Assembly (NCBI GenBank): GCA_964016885.1 | Contig: OZ024753.1 | Coordinates: 4,526,001-4,590,000, forward strand | Length of the DNA stretch: 64,000 bases | DNA from: Eledone cirrhosa | Taxonomy: Eukaryota | Direction: 5' to 3' | Shown here: piece after piece, positions 43,215 through 57,223 of the stretch | How positions within the stretch are numbered: position 1 is the stretch's first letter | Layout: the number at the start of each line of letters is the position of its first letter | Program-made: the position numbers and the translations under genes | Notes under the pieces: model-generated | The model's input: only the letters and a program-made list of their open reading frames with translations | Told to the model about the DNA's origin: nothing | Databases searched by the model: none

Positions 43215-43553
43215 TCTCGTTATAATGTTTTATTTGGCCGGGAAGCGCAGGGTGTTTTCCTCTATGGTGGCCGCAGAGAAAGAGGTGGACCAGGTCGAAA
43301 GGATTGAAGACAGACACTTTTCTCATTGGCCAATCCCTCATCAACCTTTTCATATTCTACTTGGAAAGGAAGGTGAGTGTGGAGAGAGAAGTGCTTTTAT
43401 CCCTTACTCCTATAACTTTAAATAAAAAGTGGGTGAATGTGGTGAGAATGGTCCGTGTGAATGGTCTTAATCTTACCGTGCGTCTGTAGGCTGGATGACT
43501 TGTAAGTAAAGAGGTGCCCTCCCCGGAGTGCACTCGCAGCGTCGGGTGGTTCA
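43215..43553 (+). mobile_element. Tx1/L1-like LINE 3' fragment
   Basis: LINLFIFYLERKVSVEREVL..WVNVVRMVRVNGLNLTVRL*; homologous to 41054-41193. Confidence 0.72.
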
Positions 43554-43891
43554 ATATATATATATACATATATCTATGTATACACGCACACACGCACACA
43601 TATATATATATATATAGCACAAATATATATTTTTCTAATATAATAATATACAGTTATCTTATCATATTGTGTTCGTGTCCATTAGTACTAAGACTGCGAT
43701 AGGAATAAAAGACATTTCAGATTAAAGGCAACCTAATCATTTACTCACTAACATACGAACAGTTTCATTTTTATATATCCATTTATTTGTAAATGAAAAT
43801 GCGCCGTCTTGTTTTCTTTCTTTCAATATAAATATGATTTTGTAAAGAAAATGTATATTGCTACACAATATCTGAATTCTCGCAGACAATA

Positions 43892-43953
<62 letters not shown>

Positions 43954-45254
43954 CTGAATTGCAGAACAGTTAGTTTTTAGAAAGGGTTTTGTTTGATTAG
44001 AAAAAAATCAATTAATTCTGTTAGGTAACAAGAATAGCTGACTTGGTATTTATTAATGAGATATATTTTTGGTGGAACTTCAAGGATACATTGTATCAAA
44101 ATTAAGGTTGCATGCTCTTCAAAAACAGTTTGGTGCGGTAATCGAAAAGGCTAACGTCACAAATTGAATGTTGTTCGGAGATTTCTTTTTCGAAAACTCT
44201 TTCCTACCTACAATAAGCTGTTTGATTGAATCGATTTTCATTTCTATGCTAAATTAGGAGTTTTGACTCGTACATTACATAATAGAGCATAATAATTGAG
44301 GGTTCTTCACTTGATAGTGTGAAGGGCAATTTTATGTTGAACATTGCCTGTTGCACTGATTTCCTTGTTTTCATGTGTATCAAGTTCTTTTCATTGATAA
44401 CTAAATTATTGAACTTTAATCGGCAGGTCTACCCCAAAATTATTCTCGAGAATTCATCGTTGACGATAATTTCCCAATTAATCTAATTTGTCGTTCTTCT
44501 TTGAAATTCCTGTACATGTTCCTCTCGTGCACCATAGGACTGTCTATTGAATGTCAAATAATCAGTAACGTGTAACGGTCTCACCAGGTGTTTTAATTTT
44601 CACTATTCTTAAGGAAACTCATTAGAGATTAATTGAGGGTCACTTAATTCGGTTTCATCGCAGTCTTTAGGCGATATTAAATTATGTACAATATGTACAA
44701 TAAGGTTAATGAAATGCTATTCAATTATGAAGATTATTCGCTGAACAGAGCTGCGACAGCCCCATACCGGCTAAATGATGTCTACAAAAGTCTTCCCCAA
44801 ATAATCATTCGTTACTGTTGAATTATCAAAACTATGTCACATGCACATACTCACCTTATGGTATACAAACAGTTCTACTACATCAGTATGTTTAAAAGAT
44901 CGCCTAAATCTCCAGAAGTAAGTCGTATATCAATACTAAGTGGAAGCATCCACTCACCGTCCCAACATCTACTTGACTGTTATCATTGATACACTCACCC
45001 TTCTGCCAGTCTGCAATAAAACGTAACCCAGAGAATTTCTTCCAATTTTGGGGAATCTTTCTAACAACAATCTCTCAGACCAAACCTTTCATGTTTCCTT
45101 TTCGCTGCCTCATCAACTCTAAAATTCACGGAAACAACATATCAGATATGCGCATCTACGTGACGTATATTATCTAACTCCTCGATCTTGAATAACTTGG
45201 AGTTGCACAAAACCAATCTATTACTCTCTCGTTACGCCCCATTATTAGACTACA

Positions 45255-45590
45255 AGGGCGGTGGATTGGCAGTATCGGTAGAGGGTCGGACGCCATGCTT
45301 TCCAGCATAGTTACGTCCCTTTACGATCTGAGTTCAAATCCCGCCGAGGTTGACTTTGCCTTTCATCCTTACGGGGTCGATGAAATAAAGTACCAGTAAT
45401 GCACTGGGTAATTGCTGGCCTTGTGCCTAAAGTAGAAACAATTATTAGACTACATTATGTCCCTTTACGATCTGAGTTCAAATACCGCCAAGGTTAACTT
45501 TGCCTTTCATACTTACGGGGTCGATAAAATAAAGTGCCAGTAATGTACTGGGCAATTGCTGGCCTTGTGCCTAAAATAGAAACATTTATT
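45255..45590 (+). mobile_element. Full SINE followed by a tandem 5'-truncated SINE
   Basis: Copies at 45255-45446 and 45455-45590; ttattagactaca occurs before, between and after. Confidence 0.93.
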
Positions 45591-47144
45591 AGACTACATT
45601 ATAGTCTACAATTGTACGGCAAAGCTTCTGTATCTATTTCAATTCTAATTCATTACATGTTCGTGTAAGTAACTTGCTTAAGTAAATATTAATATCATCT
45701 CAAGTCAAATTCGTGCACTTAGTTGATTGCTATATATTTCCGCAATTATATTATAAACTTGCATTATAAACTTGCATTAAGACTGGAATTCTTCTTCAAT
45801 ATATGTTAATTTTATTAAATAATTTTGATCAAAAACCAGTAACCATAAATATCTTGTATTTTAGGGAAATACATATGGTTGCGACGATAAAAATCTGGAG
45901 CGAATATATTTCCAAAAACAATTAAACATAAATTGAAATCGCAACCATAGTTTGGTGTTAACAATTTTTATCAATTAAATGTATAACAGTCATGATAACA
46001 GCAATATATTGCTATACATGTCGTTATGAAATATATTAGTATCTGATGTGTGGATGTTTTTATCCTGGGGCTAATTTTCTGAAGTTCAAATAAATCATGA
46101 ATAGTATTAACATCATGAATAGCATTACTGAATTTTGGTTTCTTCATACTCGCCACTGAAAACTGATTAAGATTAACTACTCCGCAAATTAGAGAACGAA
46201 TAAACAATTAAATCTGAATTCGATCTTCTTTCAAAGGACATTAATCATACCTGGAAGATTGTCCAGAGCAGTCTGTGCTTGAATATGGGTTAGGTATTAA
46301 TCACTTTTACTTGCTAATGTTTTTACATTATCTATATGTTGTAACTATATTTCAACCATTGTGTCGCATCTTAATCTATTGTAAACATACAGTAACTACT
46401 TCTTGCGGCTTTGCTACGGCAACAATATCTAGTGTAGTTGAATTAACATAACTGAATACATGTGAATAAAAACATAAATTGAATATTTATAACTTAACAT
46501 AGCGAACCCGGCTTTCCACACTGACACAAATTTCTTGGAATCACATAAGACAAAAAAAACACTTTCTTTTGTTTAAAGGAATTCTCAAAAATATTGGAAC
46601 GCTATTCAATTACGTTTGTGTCAATAAATCTTTGTCATTTGAACTCTAACATATCAATTTTTCGTTATTGGGTGACGCTATATGTAATATCCCTTTTGGC
46701 TAAGCATCTCGAATCAATTATTAAATACAACATAGGATATGTAACTGTGGCAATATAGTTTTGTAGTGAAGGCTACCTGCCATAATTCTCGTGTAATTCA
46801 CAATATGTCACGTCAAGCCACATTTCATCACATATTATTGATTTTAGCGAGCTACAGAGAAGAATGCAATCTATGGAAGAATTTGTTCTTAAGAATTGAT
46901 TTGATTGCATGCACTTGTTCAAAGATTGGAAAAAGTATAAACCGTCTATACATTATGAATCCATCGACAGATAAGTAATATCTTGTATGATTTGATGTTG
47001 TGATAATTATATACGCTACAACATTCACCCATTCCCGTTTTGACAAATCCTCTTTCAGTTTCGTTTTCTCATTGAAGGAATTATAGAATATTTCAGTTGT
47101 TTCTTTAAAACAGAAGAAATTCATGCTGTTTACGATCTGAATAA

Positions 47145-47321
47145 GTGTTTCTACTTTTGGCACAAGGCCAGCAAATACCCCCAATGCATTACTGGTGCTT
47201 TATTTTATCGACCCCGTAAGGATGAATGGAAAAGGTAACCTCGGCGGGTTTGAAATCAAGTCATAAAGGGCCATAACTCTATGCTGCAAAGCATGATGTC
47301 TGACGTTCTACGGATACTGCC
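47145..47321 (-). mobile_element. Meta/MESC-core tRNA SINE
   Basis: Matches family, moderately diverged. Confidence 0.9.
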
Positions 47322-48216
47322 TGGTAATTATGGAATACTATCGCTAATATCATCACTAGTATCATTTATTAAAACAACATGGGATCACATTCATAGAATT
47401 GCTAACGTATTGACCAATCGAATTAAGCTTTCTCAGTTCAGCTTGTCTCTTTAAAACATCTTTCTTGAATAAGTTGAATAAGTCAAATGAGTTGCCGTGA
47501 TTATACAATTTTAGTTTGTAGGGGAGTAACAAATCACCTGTGCTAGTATTTCTGTCTGTGATTCAGATTACATACCAATTAGTGCAGACAGCCAAAGTAA
47601 GTAAATAATTTGAGAGGAGTGTAATAGCCAGGTGGAGTCACGTAGATTGAATTAAATAACAACGATGACCACAAATTTAAATGATGGAGAAGATTTAATT
47701 CGTATACAGAGATTTTCTCTGAAATAGCTGATCGTGATTTGACGTACATGGGACCGTAGTGTGAGATCTAGAGAGTGTGTTAGATAGATCGACGTAAACG
47801 GGAATATTAACTTCAGAAGGGGAAACAGAACGAGAGAGAGAAAGAGAGACAGGGGGAGATACGGTGGGACATATATTTAATACAGAGGAATTTGAGGTTA
47901 GTTAGGGTTTGCATAATAATTAAGAACAATGTTTATTACGTTCATTTATGAGTAGAAATGGTAGGGGATTTTATGTATACATAGGCACAATATTTTCCAC
48001 AAACCTTTGAGGATAGTGTCGGGTATTACTGATATTATTTAGATATGGAGAGTGAGAGATATCTCTCGAATATGGAAATATCATATATATGCTTCATATA
48101 TTAGTAGGAAATGTTGGGTTGAGTCTACGTTGGATGGGTAATTTTATTTTTCACGTTTGTAAAGATAATTTATCATATAGTGAAATATAACAACATTCAT
48201 TATTATTTCATATAGG

Positions 48217-48404
48217 GGTGATGGATTGGCAGTATCGGTAGAGGGTCGGACGCCATGCGTTGACGTATAGAGTTACGGCCCTTGCCATTCTGAGTTTAAA
48301 TCCACCCGAGGTTCACTTTGCCTTTCATCCTTATGTTGTCGATAAAATAAAGTACCAGTAATACACTGGGTATTTGCTGGTACTTGTGCCAAAAGTAGAA
48401 ACAA
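48217..48404 (+). mobile_element. Full-length Meta/MESC-core tRNA SINE
   Basis: Matches family; TSD attattatttcatatag on both sides. Confidence 0.93.
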
Positions 48405-49326
48405 TTATTATTTCATATAGCTTAATATCGGAATATCAAATATATTCAATACAAATATGATATCGATATCTACTGGAATTTGGTAAAGTAGTAATTTCAT
48501 TGGCTAACATGCTTGATCTTTTATCTGAGAAGCTAACAGCTAACTCATTATTATGCGCTATACTTAATGTCGCGAAAACACAAATGTCATATAGTGCGAC
48601 TTATATTGTTCTTGTAATGTATAAACGAACCATGGCTACATAAAGTTACTGTTTCATCATTGGCACTCTATAACCGAATGTTCTGTTAGCTTGCAATGCT
48701 CTAGTGGAGGCAGATATAGCGTGAGTTGGCATTTACAATATCCTACTAAGACTAGATAACAATGTCATGGCTTACAAATTAGGATTATAAATTGTGTCAC
48801 CATGTCAATTGAAAGAAACCATAGTTCTTATCATTCGTGAAGTTTATTTAAATATCGGCGGAAACCATTTCTTTAAGAGTGAAACAAATTTATCTAAAAT
48901 GATTAATGTAACGAGAACTAAGTAGAGTCAAATCAAATCCAATTATATTGAAGATAACACTTGCTTAAGGCAATTCTCTAATCCACTGTAAATATGGTAG
49001 ATGTGTTGTTTGGGGTCTTATCGCTAGATTATATCACAAAACCAACAACAGTAGGACTAAACTAAAAAACTATCTTAAGTCACGTTCTATAATGCGTAAA
49101 GGGCATACATATCTCAAAAGCAACTTTCAAGTGGTAGCAGACATAATAGAAAGTCTATAAAGTAGACATTTAAAACGTGTTCAAAATAATATCAAAGTAG
49201 TTAATCTAAAACGAATATATTTTATTTGTAAGGTATCCAACCGTCAATAATTCCTCGTGAAAATAACAAAATATATTTCTATAACTTTACGTCAGTAGTT
49301 TCTAATATTGGGATAATATAATTGAC

Positions 49327-49360
<34 letters not shown>

Positions 49361-49361
<1 letters not shown>

Positions 49362-49785
49362 GAAAATGTTCAAGACCCCGCCGGCAGAGCTCAAGCCGTT
49401 TAGACGGCTATTTCTGAACTAGCGTGGTAGTAAATAACCGAACTTTTCAAGGGGTAATTCCTTATATGGGCGTGCGATGATGATGCATTTTTGAAGATTG
49501 TAGTTGTCAAAAGGATTGGTCAAAATTTCTTGTAAACACAATTAATTCTTTCATGTCGGCCCAACGTGTGGCTGAACTTGCCTGTAGAACAATGAGGGAG
49601 TGGGGTAAGCCGGTCAAGCGTTGAAAGTGACTTCCATACAGCAAATTGTAAGGAGTGTGGAGGGATTAGGCTAGCTAGAAAGCAGGCGAAAAAAGAATTG
49701 TAGAGGAATCTGAGAGTGGGAAGTTATAAAATTAACAAATTAAAAATTTAATAAATTAAAACTAAAAAATAAAAAAATAATACAT

Positions 49786-49790
<5 letters not shown>
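49361..49790 (-). mobile_element. Family C PLE-like insert, diverged subfamily
   Basis: Homologous to 57588-57827; TA on both sides; degraded HHR at 49375-49455 with TTGAAAA core. Confidence 0.75.
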
Positions 49791-49847
<57 letters not shown>

Positions 49848-50329
49848 GTTCATATGTCACACAATTAATTAAAAAAAATTGTGATTGTGATAAATAGAGG
49901 GAGAAAAGGAAAATAAAAGGAGGAAAATGATTTAGTAAAGTAGTCCCACAATATTTTTGATTAATTGTTGTTCATGGGAAGAGTAGCGTAGAATGGGCTT
50001 CGGAGAAATCACAATTTGTTTACTTCGATTTTGTTTGTTTCTGTTATTTTTAATTTCGTTGTATTAGGATTAAACATACGCAAGCAGGTAGTCGAACTTG
50101 TCGTGCTGGCTGGTCATCTCTGCACCGACGTTTCAGTTCATAAAAGGACGTGTGTGTATAAAACTATATAGCATGTGTGTGTATGTAAATATGTCCGTTG
50201 GTGTGTATTCATGCATGAGAAATAATTTTAAACTTGAATTCTTAAGAAATTATCGATCTTCATTTCCATTTTTTTTTTGGTATATTTTTATACGCCTAAC
50301 GTATTATTGACAATATGTACACTAAACAT

Positions 50330-50535
50330 CTCATGGGAGGTGCCCAGTGATGTCTGTGTGCTCAAGCTCCAATTTCACGTCTGCTTCTATGGTTTTGGTG
50401 ATGTAAATCTTCATGGCTTCTTCGCATGATGAAGTTAGCATAAGGGTATCATCCACGTAATTGTTTCAGCCCAACTTTGAAGATATGGTATAGCCCTAAA
50501 GTATCATGCTGGAATACACTGGATAAAACATTGCT
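50330..50535 (-). pseudogene. Possible decayed reverse transcriptase fragment
   Basis: Minus-strand NYVDDTLMLTSSCEEAMKIY (YxDD motif); clade not assignable. Confidence 0.35.
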
Positions 50536-50934
50536 TTGTTCTGTTTTATTTATCATTTGCTCTTTGTATTTTCTTTACCAACTTTTGATAATCATCTGAC
50601 TTTTACTAAAATAATATAGTTTTATCATTCGTTCCTTTATATACAGGCGGATTTATTTTTTCAATGTTATAGAAAGAAAATAAATAAAGTGATGAATGCT
50701 ACACACACAAGGGATATGCATAGAAATGATTTGTAAATGGAATGAAATATAAAGCATTTAACAGCACAATAGCATAGGTACAAATGCATTATAGGATAGA
50801 TATGTTTATAGGCATATACATTCCTCAGTTACCGACAAAAAAAAACATTATTTAGAGCCACAAATGCAATATTAACTCTATTGTTACGCTAATTGAAAAG
50901 TTCAATATATATATATGTATATATATATATATAC

Positions 50935-51028
<94 letters not shown>

Positions 51029-51030
<2 letters not shown>

Positions 51031-51563
51031 TGGCTGCCAACTCGTTTTCGAGTACGGCCACTACTTTATATCCATGTAGGAGAACCCCTACCGATGCGCT
51101 GAACGAGTGTGACTTTTTAGTCCAGCCAGCAACTTGAAAACTCTGGTACAAACACTACACTTGTGACAATTAGTGACACATAGTGCTGGACCCATGGTAC
51201 CATGTGACGACAAGTGCAGAGAGATCTCCAGATATAAAGCAATGCCTGTAAAGCTTTTATAGTGAGCAAAGGCACTGCACAAAGCCAGTCCCACTCTCTT
51301 AACCAAGATGATATTTACCAAAAAGAAGAACAAGTCAACATCATTGGATACCATCAGGGTTGCAGGTGTTATATCAGAGTTTTCCTTCTCCTAGAATTCT
51401 GCCTTGACAAAGGCTAAGGGGTCATCTCTCCCGGTGATTTTGGATGGCCATTGACTCTTAAGAGCTCCTTTGCCCTTTGACAGGTTTTGTTTTTAGTCCT
51501 GCAGGATGTCCAAAGTCACCCTCCTCACCAAGAAACCTTGGTGGGGCTGCCAGTTTAGTCGCC
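51029..51563 (-). mobile_element. TA-flanked element resembling an RTE 5'UTR/head
   Basis: Minus strand begins ggcgactaaactggcagccccaccaagg and contains ctaggagaaggaaaactctgat, a motif I associate with RTE 5' regions. Confidence 0.5.
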
Positions 51564-51580
51564 ATATATATATATATATA

Positions 51581-51982
51581 CTTAGGATAAATATTGATGC
51601 AATTCAATTCAAGCACTCAACGTACTTATCCCCCATAGGAGTGACGGAGTAAATATCGGGGAACTGACTAAGCGAATTTCGTTGAAAACTGCCGTAGCTA
51701 ATGGTCAACTTCCTTCGGACATGCGCCTCCGCAAACCGGTGGGGGTGAATTGGTACTCACAGGGGAACGGATGAAGAACCCAAAAGCACACACTTCGTCC
51801 GTTCCCATGTCGATTCAATTTGGATTGCCTCAGAAACATAACCTTATTATGTAACAAGCTGTCTGACGATGTCGCAACAATGGCACACAGAACAGTGTAG
51901 CCAATGTGGTCATTGAAATATATATCACAGCATTATTATTAAAAGACTTGAACATCTGAAACTACTTCGCTTTTCCTTATTC
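51581..51982 (+). mobile_element. Family E TA-flanked HHR-bearing insert
   Basis: TA tracts on both sides; HHR at 51858-51931; 14-bp hairpin gggaacggatgaag/cttcgtccgttccc. Confidence 0.7.
51858..51931 (+). ncRNA. Type I HHR motif with extended helix II
   Basis: gctgt-CTGACGA-[tgtcgca..tggc.acac/gtgt.gcca..tgtggtca]-GAAA-tatata-TC-acagc. Confidence 0.78.
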
Positions 51983-52156
51983 TATATATATATATATATA
52001 TATATACAGTATTTTCCGTTGTGTTGTAATATAAATATTACACACAGTAGATTATCAGCTCACGTAGAGTTTGCTCGACGGTTCCAGTTGTAGTTCCAAA
52101 AGTAATCCGGAGAAAAATAGAAAGATTTGAATGGATACAGTTTAGTTGAAAGGAAT

Positions 52157-52273
52157 TTATTGACACGTGTTTCTATAACAGTTACATAACCTAAAACAGC
52201 TATCTACAAACTTTTAGTTATGCAGACATTCAATATTTCAATGTTATTATTTACTGTCATTTCATCAGAATAA
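52157..52273 (-). ncRNA. Type I HHR motif, family D left arm
   Basis: Reverse complement of 54135-54251. Confidence 0.72.
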
Positions 52274-52859
52274 TATTACTGAGGACCTATTTAGTTTTTA
52301 TAGAGAATATTAGGAGGGAGGGGTGAAGTTGTTAGAAGAATAGTTGAAGGAGTGGTTTTTCGATAGCAGTGAGAATTCTTGGTGGCAGTGAGTAATTAGA
52401 TTCCCATCTGTTGTTTTGACATTTTTTATGGAATATATTATTGGTTATTTTTCTAAATCTATAGAAGGATTAGAGATAGTAAAGATATGCGTGGTTGGTT
52501 TTGTGTTTGCACTTAACATTCAGACTTAAATTTTTCTTTCAAGTGTACTTATTCTTTCACCCACGCATTCACACACAAATATATTTGCACACCTCCACAA
52601 AATACATATACTCACAATTCACATATTCATACTTACATATATATACACATGCATACACATATATATACACACATGTATTCATGTACATACATACGCGCTC
52701 ATGTGTATACATTTTCATACTCAACTTATCTTTATATTTACACACGTATAGACACACACATATATACATACATACTCTAGTCCATGTGTACACACATACG
52801 CATACATACACATCCACATACACATACATACATACACATATATATATATATATATACAT

Positions 52860-52929
<70 letters not shown>

Positions 52930-53032
52930 CCACACACACACATATACACATACACACATATATATATATATATATAAGCACTTTAATACATGAATACACT
53001 TACATCTAACTATACACATCAAACATATATAT

Positions 53033-53158
53033 AATCTTGAGATTTATTACATAATCACACACAAGAAGAAACTGCTGAATAACAGAATTGAACGAACATT
53101 ATTCTGCCGTCACAGAACTAAAACCCTTTTTTCCCACTACAAGCCGAATATTACATAA
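53033..53158 (+). pseudogene. C-terminal remnant of PLE GIY-YIG endonuclease ORF
   Basis: [41 protein letters not shown] resembles the LE..I...LLNxRxE...CRH C-terminus of Penelope-like ORFs. Confidence 0.7.
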
Positions 53159-53474
53159 AAGAGGGACATCCCCCAACTATATAAACCTTAATCTAGTTAG
53201 AAAAATATAAAAACAATCTCTTCTCAACATATATTAATAACCTTAAATTACCATACTAATAATGAAAAGATATGCTGATGAAAATAGGTACAAATATGCG
53301 ATAATGAATGTGTCTAAAAACGTCCATAAGTATGTATATATATGTGAAAATGTATATAAATAAGTAAATATATATATATGTTTGATGTGTATAGTTAGAT
53401 GTAAGTGTATTCATGTATTAAAGTGCTTATATATATATATATATATGTGTGTATGTGTATATGTGTGTGTGTGG

Positions 53475-53548
<74 letters not shown>

Positions 53549-54134
53549 ATGTATATATATATATATATATGTGTATGTATGTATGTGTATGTGGATGTGT
53601 ATGTATGCGTATGTGTGTACACATGGACTAGAGTATGTATGTATATATGTGTGTGTCTATACGTGTGTAAATATAAAGATAAGTTGAGTATGAAAATGTA
53701 TACACATGAGCGCGTATGTATGTACATGAATACATGTGTGTATATATATGTGTATGCATGTGTATATATATGTAAGTATGAATATGTGAATTGTGAGTAT
53801 ATGTATTTTGTGGAGGTGTGCAAATATATTTGTGTGTGAATGCGTGGGTGAAAGAATAAGTACACTTGAAAGAAAAATTTAAGTCTGAATGTTAAGTGCA
53901 AACACAAAACCAACCACGCATATCTTTACTATCTCTAATCCTTCTATAGATTTAGAAAAATAACCAATAATATATTCCATAAAAAATGTCAAAACAACAG
54001 ATGGGAATCTAATTACTCACTACCACCAAGAATTCTCACTGCTATCGAAAAACCACTCCTTCAACTATTCTTCTAACAACTTCACCCCTCCCTCCTAATA
54101 TTCTCTATAAAAACTAAATAGGTCCTCAGTAATA

Positions 54135-54251
54135 TTATTCTGATGAAATGACAGTAAATAATAACATTGAAATATTGAATGTCTGCATAACTAAAAGTTT
54201 GTAGATAGCTGTTTTAGGTTATGTAACTGTTATAGAAACACGTGTCAATAA
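54135..54251 (+). ncRNA. Type I HHR motif with branched helix II, family D
   Basis: ttatt-CTGATGA-a-atgacagt-[two hairpins]-actgttat-a-GAAA-cacgtg-TC-aataa. Confidence 0.72.
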
Positions 54252-54310
54252 ATTCCTTTCAACTAAACTGTATCCATTCAAATCTTTCTATATATATATA
54301 TATATATATA

Positions 54311-54503
54311 TAACGAAGGAAATGTGGTAAGGAACCAGGTGGACCATAACGCACCAAAGTACTCATTACTTGAGGTAGTAGAGTGGGTAATAGGAACCAG
54401 TAAGACCCCGACAGCTGAGCTCAAGCCGTTTCGACGGCTAATTCTGGTCCAGAATTAGCCGTCGAAACGGCTTGAGCTCAGCTGTCGGGGTCTTACTGGT
54501 TCC
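54311..54503 (-). mobile_element. Family C fold-back insert
   Basis: Tail 54311-54390, then perfect palindrome 54391-54447/54449-54505 carrying only the HHR 3' half. Confidence 0.85.
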
Positions 54504-54528
54504 TATATATATATATATATATATATAT

Positions 54529-54972
54529 CATAAAACATGTCTATAGCATCACCAGATAAAATATATACCATTTCCTCTCCTAATTACCATAATTAACTAT
54601 ATAAAAAATCGAATAGACCAGGCTAAAAGAATAAGGCTTCTATGAAGAAATCTCCAACAAATAACCGAAACTAGCCCTTCGCGTCGGCCGCGACGGAATA
54701 TTTGTCGAATATTTCGACAGCGTAATCGCCCAGATACAGTTAATTAAACAGAATTAGGTGTAAAATAAACTACCATGGTTTCGTCCGCATTTTGAGATTT
54801 CCAGTAACTTTGGAAACTCGAGCATCGGACTCTTCAGGAGTTTTGCTCTAACCTAGACATTAAATTTTCAAAAGTGATCGCGCCAAGAATTCATTCAAAA
54901 ATGGCTAAGAATCGTGACATAGCAGTGGTTAGGTTGGAAGGGATGTGGTGGTAGTTGCCTACGGCTGGTGGC

Positions 54973-54977
<5 letters not shown>
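54529..54977 (-). mobile_element. Family F TA-flanked HHR-bearing insert
   Basis: TA on both sides; HHR at 54767-54844; downstream hairpins at 54679-54719. Confidence 0.7.
54767..54844 (-). ncRNA. Type I HHR motif, family F
   Basis: CTGAAGA-gtccg-[gagtttcca/tggaaatctc]-cggac-GAAA-ccatgg-TA; stem I imperfect (aaac/gttt offset by 2 nt). Confidence 0.72.
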
Positions 54978-55044
<67 letters not shown>

Positions 55045-56173
55045 GATATTGGAATAGTAGAAGGTTTTATTCATTTTCCTTTATCGGGAGTTCAGAAATT
55101 AAAAGTTATTTCTGGGGAGGGAAATTCCTTCGTAACAGATAAAGTATTTAGAAGCTTTTTAATGTATTGCTGTTTTATCAATTCACCTGCTTAAATGAGA
55201 TATTCTCATATTGGCACAACTTATCCATTGAGAATAACTACACGTATATCTGTTTCATAAATAATTAGAACTGATTTGAACAGAAACAATTTCCAAAAGG
55301 TACATGCAGGTTGATAATATACGTCTCCAGCCATAGTTGATTACATTTTGACAAACAAAAAGCATAATCGTTGAAATTGCATTGGTCTTCTTTCAAATTC
55401 TTCTCTGATATATAAATTATATTTTGTACTATGCCGGGAACCATTAAGTTTTAAATTCACAAAAGCATAAAAAACGCATTTCATTTTATGGTAGAAACAA
55501 GAATATCTTATTTTAGAATTTTAGAATATTTTCTTTTTAAACATTATATATGCTTATAAAATGTATTTATTTATTATTTAAAATGTGGTTTTCACATGAA
55601 ATATGTCTCTTGGAATAGAAAATAAGTAAATAACTACACTTAATATTGAATACAAGAATTTTAAAACGAAAAGTATAGTAAAGAACGAGAATTGGTAACA
55701 TTTCACATTTAAATATTTAACATTTTAACATCGTACGTAATATCGTACGTTTGTAATTTTGTGCCAGAAATCTTCCAGTGAGATCTTTACATCTATTATT
55801 GAAGTGCTAAAAAACAATTGAAACAATGAATTTACAAGATTAGATTGCTCACCCAATTTACTGTTGCACGTTTCGTTTTATTTTATTTTAATGATACACT
55901 TTACCAAAAGTATGGTGTTCTTTTTTTTCTGGGATGTTTGATATACATTTTGTTTCTTTCTAATTCCACTTGTTGAAAGTTGGGAGTAATAGATTTTAAG
56001 ATACATCCACACAAATACATGCATACATACACATGCACGCACACAACCGGAAGCACACCCACAGATCCACATATCTATCTATCAATCAATCAATCTATCA
56101 ATCTATCTATCTATCTATCTGTCTCTCTCTCTCTCCCTCTCTATATATATATATAAATATATAGGAAAAAGTT

Positions 56174-56928
<755 letters not shown>

Positions 56929-57147
56929 ATATATATATATGTGTACCTGTATGTATATGTATATATATATATATATATATGCATGCTACTGTACGTCTGT
57001 ATACATATATGTATGCACGTATACATACATACTTACATTTAAGTAAGTGCCGTACTAAGAGTGAGAAATGAAATTTCGTTTCATTATATTACAACTTATA
57101 TATATATATATATATATATATAGGAAAAAGTTTATATATATATATAA

Positions 57148-57220
<73 letters not shown>

Positions 57221-57223
<3 letters not shown>

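Larger units (their letters stand above)
52007..54290 (+). mobile_element. Family D Penelope-like element remnant with about 915-bp inverted repeats
   Basis: Arms 52118-53033 and 53371-54290 nearly identical; tail 52007-52117; endonuclease remnant in the spacer; TA on both sides. Confidence 0.88.

Noticed and set aside
44850-45025. Cluster of minus-strand GTGAGT donor motifs as micro-exons
   Set aside because: Implied introns are very short and no coherent reading frame emerges
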